A stretch of DNA of 54,262 nt from Candidatus Uhrbacteria bacterium (GCA_016206085.1 JACQSF010000002.1:1-54262); one strand, 5' to 3'; shown: positions 44,075 to 52,356, numbered from the stretch's first letter. Numbers and translations are program-made. Notes: a model not told the origin generated them from the letters alone.

Positions 44075-44266
44075 ATGAATCGTGTCTTTCTGGGAGGTAC
44101 GTTGGTCTGTGGGGTCTTTGTTGGGCGTTTTGTCCTTCTCCCTGAGTCTTCCATCCTGGGTCTCGTCCTGACCCAGGGGACGGTGCTCGCCTTCCTGGCA
44201 CTTTGTGCCAGCTGGGAGTTCACCAGGGGCAGCGTCGAGGCGCGCTGTCCCAACGACATCGAGTAG
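44075..44266 (+). CDS. Small two-TM membrane protein (hypothetical)
   Basis: Own promoter-like TTGATT-17-TATTCT (44029-44057), SD GGAGGT, and three hairpins downstream. Confidence 0.65.
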   Translation: MNRVFLGGTLVCGVFVGRFVLLPESSILGLVLTQGTVLAFLALCASWEFTRGSVEARCPNDIE

Positions 44267-44375
44267 GCTGCACTGCGGCCACGCGACCGGCGGAGGGCAA
44301 TCGTGCCCCCGCCAACGGCTCAGTCAACGACTGAGCAAAACAAAAATCCACCACGTTTCTGTGGCGGATTTTTGT

Positions 44376-44849
44376 TTATGCTTCTCCCATATCGGTTGAG
44401 CCTGGAGACCAAAGTGGGTGAGTTCGTGTTGAGTAGGTCTTTCCAGCATCCGCGCCCGTAAGGACTTCGTACGTCTGGTCGCCCATCTCGGCAGAAGCTT
44501 CTCCCTCCGAGAAATCAATTTCAAGTTCCGTGCCCTTGATCGCAACGAGGTTCCCCTGACGATCCAGAGCGAGACCTCCATTGTGGACTTTATCAAACAG
44601 ATTCTTTCCTCCAGAGACAAGTGCCAAGCTTCGGACGAGTTCTATAAGGGCATGCTTGAATCGTTTTGGGTCCTTGAGGGCAAAGGAAAGAGCATCTTCC
44701 ATAAATGCTTCTTTTCCAGCCGTCCGGTCGATTTCCATTCGTTCGTCTTCACCAAGTCCGTCGAAAATGTGCTGGGCAAAATCGTATATATGAGCAGACC
44801 AAACTTCTCGGTTACGCTTTTCGGGTGGGGGATGTTGTCCTTCATGCAT
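44376..44849 (-). CDS. Hypothetical protein
   Basis: 157-aa ORF with typical soluble composition, downstream of the PRTase gene. Confidence 0.7.
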   Translation of the reverse strand: MHEGQHPPPEKRNREVWSAHIYDFAQHIFDGLGEDERMEIDRTAGKEAFMEDALSFALKDPKRFKHALIELVRSLALVSGGKNLFDKVHNGGLALDRQGNLVAIKGTELEIDFSEGEASAEMGDQTYEVLTGADAGKTYSTRTHPLWSPGSTDMGEA

Positions 44850-44909
44850 AGTCCATCCAGTATACCAGGCAAAATGAAAAGAGACTGCTTGGCAGTCTCG
44901 GCGTAGGGA

Positions 44910-45608
44910 TCAGCCGGTGAGCTCGACCCAGTTGTGCTTGGGGCGCACACGTGGAGAGCCCGCGGCACACAGTGGACACTCTTCCGGCGCCCAAGTCTGG
45001 ATGTCGAAGTGGATCAGGCTCACGATGGGCGAACCTTCGAATTCGTGCGTGGGAGCACGGTGCACGAGGCAGGCCACCACCGGGGCGAACTGGACCTCGT
45101 GGTCGTGTGCCCGACGCAGTCCGTCGCGAACGGCCTGGAGCGTTCCGGTTGTGGTGACGAGCTCTTCGACCTGCAACACGACTTCGTCACGCCCGATCTC
45201 GAACCGTTTCCAGAGCTGGATCTTGTCCGAGCCCTTCTCCGTGAAGTCGTGTTGCGCACCGTTGAAGCTCGCGACCGCGAAGGACAGCGTGGCGGCGGCG
45301 TGGTCGGATCCTACGACCCAGTCGACACGCCCGCGATAGGCGTCGTCGATTTTCACGGCGAGTTGTCTTCCCAGGAGTTCGCACAGGTTCGCGTAGCGCA
45401 GCACGCGCAGAACGTCGACAAACCCGTTGCTGCAGCGACCCGAGGTGAGCTCGGCGTGCGGACGGGTCATATCGCCCGAGTGCAGCCAGAGTGCGCTGCA
45501 GGTCTCGAAGATGTGACGGATCTCCTCCGGGGTGAGCCGGCTACTCTGCGTCCGGCGGAGACGCCTCAGGGCAGCGAGGTCCATGTCGAGAATCGGTTGC
45601 TGGGTCAT
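44910..45608 (-). CDS. Type I phosphoribosyltransferase, PyrE (orotate PRTase)-like
   Basis: HAELTSGRCSNGFVD, PRPP loop VLQVEELVTTTGT, C-terminal EECPLCAAGSPRVRP; SD AAGGAG. Confidence 0.8.
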   Translation of the reverse strand: MTQQPILDMDLAALRRLRRTQSSRLTPEEIRHIFETCSALWLHSGDMTRPHAELTSGRCSNGFVDVLRVLRYANLCELLGRQLAVKIDDAYRGRVDWVVGSDHAAATLSFAVASFNGAQHDFTEKGSDKIQLWKRFEIGRDEVVLQVEELVTTTGTLQAVRDGLRRAHDHEVQFAPVVACLVHRAPTHEFEGSPIVSLIHFDIQTWAPEECPLCAAGSPRVRPKHNWVELTG

Positions 45609-45684
45609 GAATTGATCTCCTTGTGAAGAGCTAAATGCAGCCTAATCAAAAACCCGCCCCTGCACAAGTTCGGGATGGGTTTGT

Positions 45685-45933
45685 CTACTTCTGGATCAGG
45701 TGTTTTCTCATGAAGGCAATTCCAGAAGCTGTTTTTAGATATTTTTCAAATTGTGCTGCTTGCTGTTGTGATATGAAAGCAGAGTACCAGATGACTGACC
45801 AGAGTTTGAACTTTGAAGTATGTGGTACTTGTCCAGCGTTATGTTGTTCAAGTCGGTTCCGGAGGTTTGATGTCGAACCTTTATAGATTTGATTTGGGAG
45901 GTTCTTGCTTCTCAGGATGTAGACGTAGTGCAT
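45685..45933 (-). CDS. Stand-alone GIY-YIG nuclease (82 aa)
   Basis: MHYVYILRS...IYKGSTSNLRNRLEQHNAG..PHTSK...WSVIWY.AF...AAQFEKYLKTASG. Confidence 0.9.
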   Translation of the reverse strand: MHYVYILRSKNLPNQIYKGSTSNLRNRLEQHNAGQVPHTSKFKLWSVIWYSAFISQQQAAQFEKYLKTASGIAFMRKHLIQK

Positions 45934-45973
45934 ATCGAGTTGGCCTGTCTCTATATGAAGACGAGCATGGCCT

Positions 45974-46080
45974 GCCATCCGTAGCTCCAGCACAGGACAT
46001 AGTTATACGCCCTTCTTCGCTAAAGCTACGGAGGGCATCCTTCGCCCCAGCAACAAAAAATACTGCTGGAGCGAAGGATG
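45974..46080. repeat. Cluster of CCGTAGCT/CCTTCGC palindromic repeats between the tmRNA 3' end and GIY-YIG
   Basis: GCCATCCGTAGCT...AGCTACGGAGGGC and CATCCTTCGC...GCGAAGGATG hairpins; the latter overlaps the tmRNA CCA. Confidence 0.75.
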
Positions 46081-46471
46081 GTGGAGCTGGGGAGAATCGA
46101 ACTCCCGTGCGGTAAGGTTTCTCATCTTGATGTTTCCAAGCTCATTCACGCCTCATACCTCGTCACGCTCAAGGCGTGAAGCAATACATGACGAGGAACC
46201 GATCGCAACTCTTACATGTGAGAGATCGGTGACCTCACACGCGAAGCTCGATAATATAACACCCGACTGCTGGCTATCGAGCATGACCAGCGCGGATGGT
46301 TCTGACGCTTACGCGAGAACAGGGGCGAATGAAGGAACGCGCAAAGCGTTCTTGATCATTGCCATGACGTTGTTTGCAGTTGTCGTCTTGCATGGGGAAT
46401 ATTTGCGTGCGACCCATGCTCGCACGACTTGATCAAGATGGAAGAGACTCCCGTCGAAGCCTGTCAGCCCC
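46079..46471 (-). ncRNA. ssrA: tmRNA (one-piece)
   Basis: 5' GGGGCTGACAGGCTTCGAC, 3' GGGAGTTCGATTCTCCCCAGCTCCACCA (G:U Ala identity); tag ORF ANNVMAMIKNALRVPSFAPVLA*; smpB about 2 kb away. Confidence 0.95.
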
Positions 46472-46480
46472 GATCTGTCG

Positions 46481-46583
46481 AAATTGGCGAGCTGCTTGCT
46501 CTTCGCCATGAAAACACCTCACCGACCGTTTTAGGTCGCCTCGGTGTTTTCATGTCTCCAGAGCGGCGCATCTCATCCAATTT
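46481..46583. repeat. ~103-bp rod-like hairpin element, copy B (tmRNA 5' leader)
   Basis: Same 24-nt and 28-nt feet as 267-371; central 51-nt hairpin CATGAAAACACC...GGTGTTTTCATG. Confidence 0.9.
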
Positions 46584-46611
46584 CACCAGATCGTGACTCT
46601 TCCATCGCCAA

Positions 46612-46640
46612 AGACTAGTCAAAAAAAGAGGTTTTGTCAA
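46612..46640 (-). promoter_or_regulatory. Putative ssrA promoter
   Basis: TTGACA-17 nt-TAGTCT. Confidence 0.65.
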
Positions 46641-46667
46641 TGCATCTGTGCTATAATTTTTTTGTCT

Positions 46668-47693
46668 ATGCAGCCGCCACAATCGATCAGCATCTCCACT
46701 GCGACTTTCATCAAGGCTGTGCTTATTGTATTGGGACTTTGGTTTTTATGGTTCATTCGAGACATCGTCGCGATTTTTGTTGCCTCGATTTTATTGGCGG
46801 CACTTATTGAGCCGTTTGCTTCTTGGTTTGCCGCCCGTCGTATCCCACGCGGACTTGCGGTTTTGATCGTGTACACGTGTTTGCTTTCGCTCACGGCAAT
46901 TTTTGTCCTGTTGTTTGTTCCGATTCTTGCTCACCAGGGAGGACAACTGGTCGCCAATTTTTCCAACTCCTATGCACAGACGATGGAATCGCTTGGTCAG
47001 GTGAGACAATTTTCTGCTGACTATGGATTTGCCGATAATCTGACCAATTCATTAGCTGCCATCCAACAAAGCATTACCGACTCCTTTGGTTCATTTTTTT
47101 CAACCGTCTGGGGCGTGGTTGGGAGTGTGGCTGCGCTATTCATCGTTCTGGTTCTCTCATTTTATATGGTCGTAGAAGAAGAGAGGATGCGCAAATACTT
47201 CCGTTCGTTGGCGCCCATTGAGTATCAACCGTATGTAGCACACGTAATGAAGAAAATGTCGCGCAAGATGGGGGAATGGCTTCGTGGTCAGATTATTTTA
47301 GGAGTGATTGTCGGGTTAGCCGTGTACATTGGGTTGACTCTTTTGGGAGTAAAATACGCGCTCGTGCTCGCACTCATTGCTGGACTTCTGGAAGTCGTGC
47401 CGTACGTGGGACCCATCATCTCACTGGTTCCAGCTCTCATCGTCGGCCTCGCACAGTCTGCGCTCATTGGTTTGGCTGTGACGATTCTCTATCTCATTAT
47501 CCAACAACTCGAGAACAATATTCTCGTGCCAAAGGTTATGCAAAAGGTCACGGGACTCAATCCCATCATCAGTATTCTTGCACTCCTTGTCGGCCTCAAA
47601 GCTGGGGGGCTGGCGGGTGCTGTTCTGTCGATTCCCTTGGCCATGATGGGGGTGGTGATCCTCGAGGATTTATTCCGTGATGTAACTGAATAA
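46668..47693 (+). CDS. AI-2E (PerM/UPF0118) family transporter
   Basis: Multi-TM; IPRGLAVL, WLRGQ, EVVPYVGP, QQLENNILVPKVM...GLNP. Confidence 0.92.
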   Translation: MQPPQSISISTATFIKAVLIVLGLWFLWFIRDIVAIFVASILLAALIEPFASWFAARRIPRGLAVLIVYTCLLSLTAIFVLLFVPILAHQGGQLVANFSNSYAQTMESLGQVRQFSADYGFADNLTNSLAAIQQSITDSFGSFFSTVWGVVGSVAALFIVLVLSFYMVVEEERMRKYFRSLAPIEYQPYVAHVMKKMSRKMGEWLRGQIILGVIVGLAVYIGLTLLGVKYALVLALIAGLLEVVPYVGPIISLVPALIVGLAQSALIGLAVTILYLIIQQLENNILVPKVMQKVTGLNPIISILALLVGLKAGGLAGAVLSIPLAMMGVVILEDLFRDVTE

Positions 47694-47695
47694 GT

Positions 47696-48118
47696 ATGCC
47701 ATCGTTTCATCGCCACTCATGGTTTCCATTCATTGTCATCCTTTTGTCACTCGCGCTGGGAGGATTGATTTATTGGTCGGCACAAGGACAATCATCATCT
47801 CCCTCTTTGATCTCTCTCCAGGAGGATCAACCTCTTGACGCCGATGCGTATCGCTTCGATTTGGCTGAAATCATACAGACATTTGAAAAGCAGATGGCGG
47901 CGGCTGAGGATGATGCACAGAAACTTCAGATCGTGCGCAGTGCCCTGACCAGTCAGCTTGCCCTGCGTGTTCCAGCAGAGTTTAAGGATCTGCATCTGGC
48001 GTTGGCTGTTGCCTTGAGCGAGATGGAGCATACATTGCAAACAGATGGTCAGGGGATTGATGAGTCTTTGGCGCGTCTGCAAGAGCTCAAACAAGCCTAT
48101 CCATGGCTCGCTCGTTAA
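47696..48118 (+). CDS. Hypothetical membrane-anchored helical protein
   Basis: N-terminal TM; operonic spacing. Confidence 0.7.
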   Translation: MPSFHRHSWFPFIVILLSLALGGLIYWSAQGQSSSPSLISLQEDQPLDADAYRFDLAEIIQTFEKQMAAAEDDAQKLQIVRSALTSQLALRVPAEFKDLHLALAVALSEMEHTLQTDGQGIDESLARLQELKQAYPWLAR

Positions 48119-48124
48119 TTGTGT

Positions 48125-48880
48125 ATGACTCGTGTTGAAAAGAATGCCGCGATGGAACAGCGGCTTGATGACATGCAAGGGGAGATCGTCGGGGAAGTGA
48201 AGCGACGGACGCGAAAATCACGGCCGTGGTTTAGCTGTACGTTGATCCTGTTGATCGCTCTTTTAGGTGTGAGTGTATGGGCACTATGGAATCTGGCGGC
48301 TACGGGATTTTGGCGTATTCCGCTGTTTACCACACTCGCCTATGACCCCCCCTCGCCTACACGGGAGGTGACGCCTGGAGTTCCTGCCCAGACTATTGTC
48401 GAAGAAACGTTTTCGACCACACTCACCCGTCGGCTCTACGAAGGCGGTGGCACACTTACAGATCGATCGATGGAGGTCACTCTTTCAGAAGCTTCTCTCA
48501 CCGCGTCCCTGCGTTCATTTTTGGAAGAAGCGGATCTTGAGTGGATCGATGTATCACATACGCAACTTGTTGTGGATCCAAAGGTTGGGATGGAGTTGTT
48601 CGTGCCTTTTATGGATAGCGAATTGGAAACCGCTGCCACACTTTGGTTTGCGATCGAGGTTTCAGAAGGCCACGTTGTTGTGACCCCAAAAGAAGTGCGC
48701 GTGGGTTCTGCCAAGATTCCAGGATTTTTGATCGCCGCGTTCCTCAAGCCATTTTTGGAAGCCGAGCTTGCCAAGCTCAATGGAACAATGGTTGGATACG
48801 CCACGATTTCAACGATGGAGATTCTCCCGCGCGAATTGGTGATTGTGGGAGAACTTGCTGTGAAAGTTGAAGCTTTATGA
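48125..48880 (+). CDS. Hypothetical single-pass membrane protein
   Basis: One TM followed by an alpha/beta domain; overlaps the next start codon (ATGA). Confidence 0.7.
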   Translation: MTRVEKNAAMEQRLDDMQGEIVGEVKRRTRKSRPWFSCTLILLIALLGVSVWALWNLAATGFWRIPLFTTLAYDPPSPTREVTPGVPAQTIVEETFSTTLTRRLYEGGGTLTDRSMEVTLSEASLTASLRSFLEEADLEWIDVSHTQLVVDPKVGMELFVPFMDSELETAATLWFAIEVSEGHVVVTPKEVRVGSAKIPGFLIAAFLKPFLEAELAKLNGTMVGYATISTMEILPRELVIVGELAVKVEAL

Positions 48881-49641
48881 TTCTTGTTTATCGTCTCTCA
48901 TCATTTTTCGTTGCAAGCGTGGCTGTCGTCGGGTTTTTGGCTTTGTTGTTCACGCGGGTGCATCCATTTGCGATCATGGTGTTGACATCCCTGGTTTGCG
49001 CTCTGGCACTGGCACGACTTCTGGGGTGGCACATTGGCACATTTCAATTTTGGCATCTTTTAGGAACGCCTCTCCTCCTGCTTGTCTCAAGTTTCGGTCC
49101 ATTTCTTCTGTTGGAAAATCAATTTTCTAAATTTGGGCTGGCTGTTCTGGTGGTAGTTTTTCTTTTCCTTTTTGTCGAACACGTCTTTAGTTTCATCCAC
49201 CTGCCGATGGCGTACCAGCCGTTTACCCTTGAATACCTCTCTGGTCTTTTGCATATTATTTCCGTGTTCTTTCTCTCCGTTTTAGGGTTTGGACTCTCGT
49301 TGTTTTTGCAAACGCCGTTGTGGATGCTTTCCCTCGTGTTTTTTTTGATTCTGTTCTTTATCGTGTACGGAACCCTCTGGGCGGGGAAAGTGGATCCTTC
49401 TCGAGCTCGTCCCTACGCTTTTGCTGGAGCCGTGCTCACAACAGAGCTTTTTGCGGCGCTCACGTTTTTGCCAACAGGATTTTATACAAACGCCGCGTTG
49501 CTCGCTCTGGGAGTGTATGTTTTTCTTGGTCTCTCTCGTGCGCATGCGTTACATAAACTTTCTAAGGAAGTATTACGTCGGTACCTGATCGTATTTATTG
49601 TTCTGACACTTGTTATCACTTTGACTTCTCAATGGGTTTGA
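48877..49641 (+). CDS. Polytopic membrane protein (hypothetical)
   Basis: About 8-9 hydrophobic helices. Confidence 0.8.
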   Translation: MILVYRLSSFFVASVAVVGFLALLFTRVHPFAIMVLTSLVCALALARLLGWHIGTFQFWHLLGTPLLLLVSSFGPFLLLENQFSKFGLAVLVVVFLFLFVEHVFSFIHLPMAYQPFTLEYLSGLLHIISVFFLSVLGFGLSLFLQTPLWMLSLVFFLILFFIVYGTLWAGKVDPSRARPYAFAGAVLTTELFAALTFLPTGFYTNAALLALGVYVFLGLSRAHALHKLSKEVLRRYLIVFIVLTLVITLTSQWV

Positions 49642-50732
49642 TGCCCTCACGCTCTATGTCCAATCACTCCTGGTCGCACACCATTCGCATGATCTTTTTT
49701 TCTTGCCTCCTGGGAGGGGTGGCGGGAGTTTTAGGTGCCGCTCTTACCACAGCGTATCTTTCTGATTATGCGATAGGGCTTGGGAATGTGAGTCAGAATT
49801 TGGGACTTTCACAACCGCGGCCACGTATGATTCCTGAAACCTATGCTCAAGCGCTTGATGTTCTGCAGGAGCGCGCGCTTCCAGCAATAGGATCGTTGTT
49901 TTCGGCCTCGAGTATTTCCGAGACTGGAATAACCATCGCACAAGCACAGGCCAGCGTGATGGCGCTCACAAGTGACGGGTGGGTGCTTTCTCAGACTGGA
50001 CGGCTAGGCGATAAAATCGCCTTTGCGAGTCAGACATGCGAAGTCGATGACGCGCTCTTTGAACCTTTGTTCGGTTTTGTATTTTTGCACTGTGCATCAA
50101 GCGATCGACTCGTGGTTGATTTTGCCCCCGGCTATGATATTGAGGCAGGGGACCAGCTGTTTGTGGTCAACGACGGTGAAGTCGTGTTTACACAAGCCCG
50201 AGCGGTTGTTTGGGGGGACGCGGTTCGATCAAGCGATATTCCATCGCGTCGGATTCTGTTGACCAATGACGCGGCTGTACGCAAAGGCGCAGCTGTGTTC
50301 AATGTCTTTGGTGAGTTTGTCGGGGTTGTGCATGAGGGTGACGAGGGAATAGAGGTAGTTCCCTTTGAACAGCTCGCCGGAGCGTTTCGACAAGTGCTCG
50401 AATCGGTCGACACGATTACGTATCCCAGTTTAGGTGTGCGTGGCATTGATCTTGCTCGAACCGTTGGGGTGTCAGAGGACGTTTCGCAAGGGCGTCATGT
50501 CGGATTTGTTCTGTACGGTCCGCGAGCCGTCCCTTTTGGTTCTGCCGCACAAAAGGCTGGACTGCAAGTTGGAGACATTCTGCTTTCTGTAGAAGGTGTC
50601 ACGATCAATGGAACGTACGCGCTTGATGATCTTCTTACGTCATATTCCGCGGGACAGGAGATTCGTGTGGAGATTGAACGCGATGGTTCTCAACAAGAAG
50701 TCATCGTGACATTGGGAGAGTTGGAGATATAA
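49632..50732 (+). CDS. HtrA/S1C-like protein with PDZ domain and degenerate catalytic triad
   Basis: TM, ALTSDGWVL, AAVFNVFGEFVGV and a PDZ (SAAQKAGLQVGDILLSVEG); no His, Asp or GxSGG at the expected positions. Confidence 0.8.
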   Translation: MGLMPSRSMSNHSWSHTIRMIFFSCLLGGVAGVLGAALTTAYLSDYAIGLGNVSQNLGLSQPRPRMIPETYAQALDVLQERALPAIGSLFSASSISETGITIAQAQASVMALTSDGWVLSQTGRLGDKIAFASQTCEVDDALFEPLFGFVFLHCASSDRLVVDFAPGYDIEAGDQLFVVNDGEVVFTQARAVVWGDAVRSSDIPSRRILLTNDAAVRKGAAVFNVFGEFVGVVHEGDEGIEVVPFEQLAGAFRQVLESVDTITYPSLGVRGIDLARTVGVSEDVSQGRHVGFVLYGPRAVPFGSAAQKAGLQVGDILLSVEGVTINGTYALDDLLTSYSAGQEIRVEIERDGSQQEVIVTLGELEI

Positions 50733-50742
50733 CGTATAATAC

Positions 50743-50809
50743 AGAGCGCTGGGGGTTAGAGCGTTGGGGGTTAGTACTAATGCTCTAACGCTCAAATCCC
50801 TAAAGCTCT
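50743..50809. repeat. Inverted AGAGCGTT/TTAGGGA short-repeat arms with no enclosed gene (empty site)
   Basis: AGAGCG(C/T)TGGGGGTT x2 joined at AGTACT to an arm whose reverse complement matches the start of 51458-51491 at 29 of 33 positions. Confidence 0.8.
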
Positions 50810-50814
50810 CCCCT

Positions 50815-51459
50815 ATGCCTCAACCCAATTATCTACGCGACATTGTTCACAACTGGCACACGGTAGCGATGTTTGGATTGTTGGGTCTTGTGCTCGCGCT
50901 CATCATCTCGTTTATTCAACCCCTGAAGTATTCTTCCACCGCACGACTTCTGATTTTGCAAGATGTTGGAACAGGGACGGATGCCTACACCGCTTCTCGC
51001 TCAGAAGAGCGCATCGCGGATAATCTTTCCACGCTCATTTACACAAGCACGTTTTTTGACCAGGTGATGGATGCGGGGTTTTCGATTGAAGAGTCAATTT
51101 TTTCAAATGACCCGTCCAAGCAGCGCAAAGAATGGGGGAGAACGGTGAAAGCCACGGTGGCACGAGGATCAGGGCTTCTGACCGTGACGGCCTATCATCG
51201 CGATGTAGACCAGGCCGAGCAGCTTGTGCGAGCGATATCATTTGTTCTCACCGATCGAGTCGCGGAATACACCTCCGGAGGGGATGTGTCGGCGCGGCTT
51301 GTGGATGAACCCCTGAATTCGCGCTGGCCTGTAAAGCCTAATGTGATTGTGAATGTTCTTTCCGGGTTCGTTCTAGGTGGCTTTGTCGGTATTGCCTTTA
51401 CTATTTTGCAAGTAGAACGCGTCAGACGCAGACATCAGCTGGTGCACGAGGACGTGTAG
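50815..51459 (+). CDS. Wzz/CapA-like polysaccharide chain-length regulator
   Basis: Two terminal TMs, P.KYSSTA.LLI after the first, P.PVKPN...N before the second. Confidence 0.8.
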   Translation: MPQPNYLRDIVHNWHTVAMFGLLGLVLALIISFIQPLKYSSTARLLILQDVGTGTDAYTASRSEERIADNLSTLIYTSTFFDQVMDAGFSIEESIFSNDPSKQRKEWGRTVKATVARGSGLLTVTAYHRDVDQAEQLVRAISFVLTDRVAEYTSGGDVSARLVDEPLNSRWPVKPNVIVNVLSGFVLGGFVGIAFTILQVERVRRRHQLVHEDV

Positions 51460-51491
51460 AGCGTTAGGGATTGGAGCGTTAGAGCGTTGGG
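51458..51491. repeat. Left short-repeat arm of the four-helix-bundle module
   Basis: AGAGCGTTAGGGATTGGAGCGTTAGAGCGTTGGG. Confidence 0.8.
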
Positions 51492-51492
51492 T

Positions 51493-51867
51493 ATGGCATA
51501 TTTGAGCTATCGGCAACTGGAAGTTTGGCAAAGATCGATGGATCTTGTTGATGGGATCTATAAACTCACAAAAGTTCTTCCAGGTGAGGAACGCTATGGT
51601 CTTGTATCACAAATGAGACGATGTGCCGTTTCTATTCCATCGAATATTGCTGAAGGTAAAGCAAGAGGGACGACAAAGGAATACAGGCATTTTGTTCAGA
51701 ACGCCTATGGATCTGGAGCGGAATTAGAGACTCAATTGGAAATTTGTGTACGTCAGAATTTTGTTTCAAGTGAACAAGCAAAAGAAGTTTTTGCGCTTTT
51801 AGACCAAGTCGTGAGGATGTTAAATAGGCTTATTCAGAAGCTTTCCCCCCAACGCTCCAACCCCTAA
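51493..51867 (+). CDS. Four helix bundle protein (23S rRNA IVS-protein/bAvd-like family)
   Basis: YRQLEVWQRSM, P.EERYGLVSQMRR.AVSIPSNIAEG..R.T.KEYRHF...AYGS.AELETQL. Confidence 0.93.
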   Translation: MAYLSYRQLEVWQRSMDLVDGIYKLTKVLPGEERYGLVSQMRRCAVSIPSNIAEGKARGTTKEYRHFVQNAYGSGAELETQLEICVRQNFVSSEQAKEVFALLDQVVRMLNRLIQKLSPQRSNP

Positions 51868-51881
51868 TCCCTAACGCTCAA
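51846..51881. repeat. Right (inverted) short-repeat arm, overlapping the gene's stop
   Basis: CCCCCAACGCTCCAACCCCTAATCCCTAACGCTCAA; shares GAGCGTTAGGGATT with the left arm in inverted orientation. Confidence 0.8.
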
Positions 51882-51998
51882 TTAAAAAGCCCATTGTGAG
51901 AACCTTCTCACTGGCATATCAACACGAGGAGGAGGCGCGTTGATCGCTGCAAGAAGGCCCTCAAAATGGGCTCTTTTCGTTTTCACGAAGTGGAAACG

Positions 51999-52036
51999 AC
52001 CCTTCCGTAGCTCGGCTGAGCCGAGCGAAGGAGGGT
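51999..52036. repeat. CCGTAGCT-[hairpin]-AGCGAAGG palindromic repeat
   Basis: ACCCTT-CCGTAG-CTCGGC-TGA-GCCGAG-CGAAGG-AGGGT. Confidence 0.7.
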
Positions 52037-52125
52037 GTGGAATTCGTTACAAATTCAACGGCAATAGGGTACCAAACTGGCCGTTTCGCGTCAACGGACG
52101 ACAACAGAATCTTTGCCAGGTTCCC

Positions 52126-52154
52126 TTGACAAAAAGTGCCTTCCATGATATCTT
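52126..52154 (+). promoter_or_regulatory. Putative sigma70 promoter
   Basis: TTGACA-17 nt-TATCTT with a TGn extension, about 320 nt upstream of the next CDS. Confidence 0.6.
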
Positions 52155-52333
52155 GCTCCGTTCACAATTACCTTGAGTTCCATTCATTTCAAGTCTATAT
52201 CTGTGTCCTGAAGCGGTTTGATGGCCACGTCGCAACACCTCCTCCTTGTTGTGATGCTGATCATCGAACCACTCCAGTACATGGCTATGCCCATGACTGT
52301 TTGTTCCCTACAACAAGTCTAGGTTAGAGAACG

Positions 52334-52356
52334 GTAGCCGCAGGCTTTAGCCTGCG
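52334..52356 (+). repeat. GTAG-tagged REP-like hairpin
   Basis: GTAG-C-CGCAGGC-TTTA-GCCTGCG. Confidence 0.7.

Noticed and set aside
44934-45626. 230-aa plus-strand ORF
   Set aside because: Shadow of the GC-rich PRTase, which has the motifs and an SD.
45934-45993. N-terminal extension of the tmRNA-linked GIY-YIG
   Set aside because: Partly translated from the palindromic repeat region; the domain starts at MHYVY (45933).
44021-46078. tmRNA-integrated genomic island with att sites
   Set aside because: No duplication of the tmRNA 3' end and no integrase found.
50743-50809. CRISPR array or telomere-like repeat
   Set aside because: Only two 15-bp direct units with no spacers and no cas genes. 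Better explained as the arms of the four-helix module.
51493-51867. Diversity-generating retroelement (Avd)
   Set aside because: No reverse transcriptase and no TR/VR pair with adenine-specific mismatches seen in the window.
52040-52120. c-di-GMP-I riboswitch (minus-strand GGCAAA...GACGC)
   Set aside because: The P2 stem with GNRA tetraloop and the receptor could not be formed; the similarity is limited to two short words.
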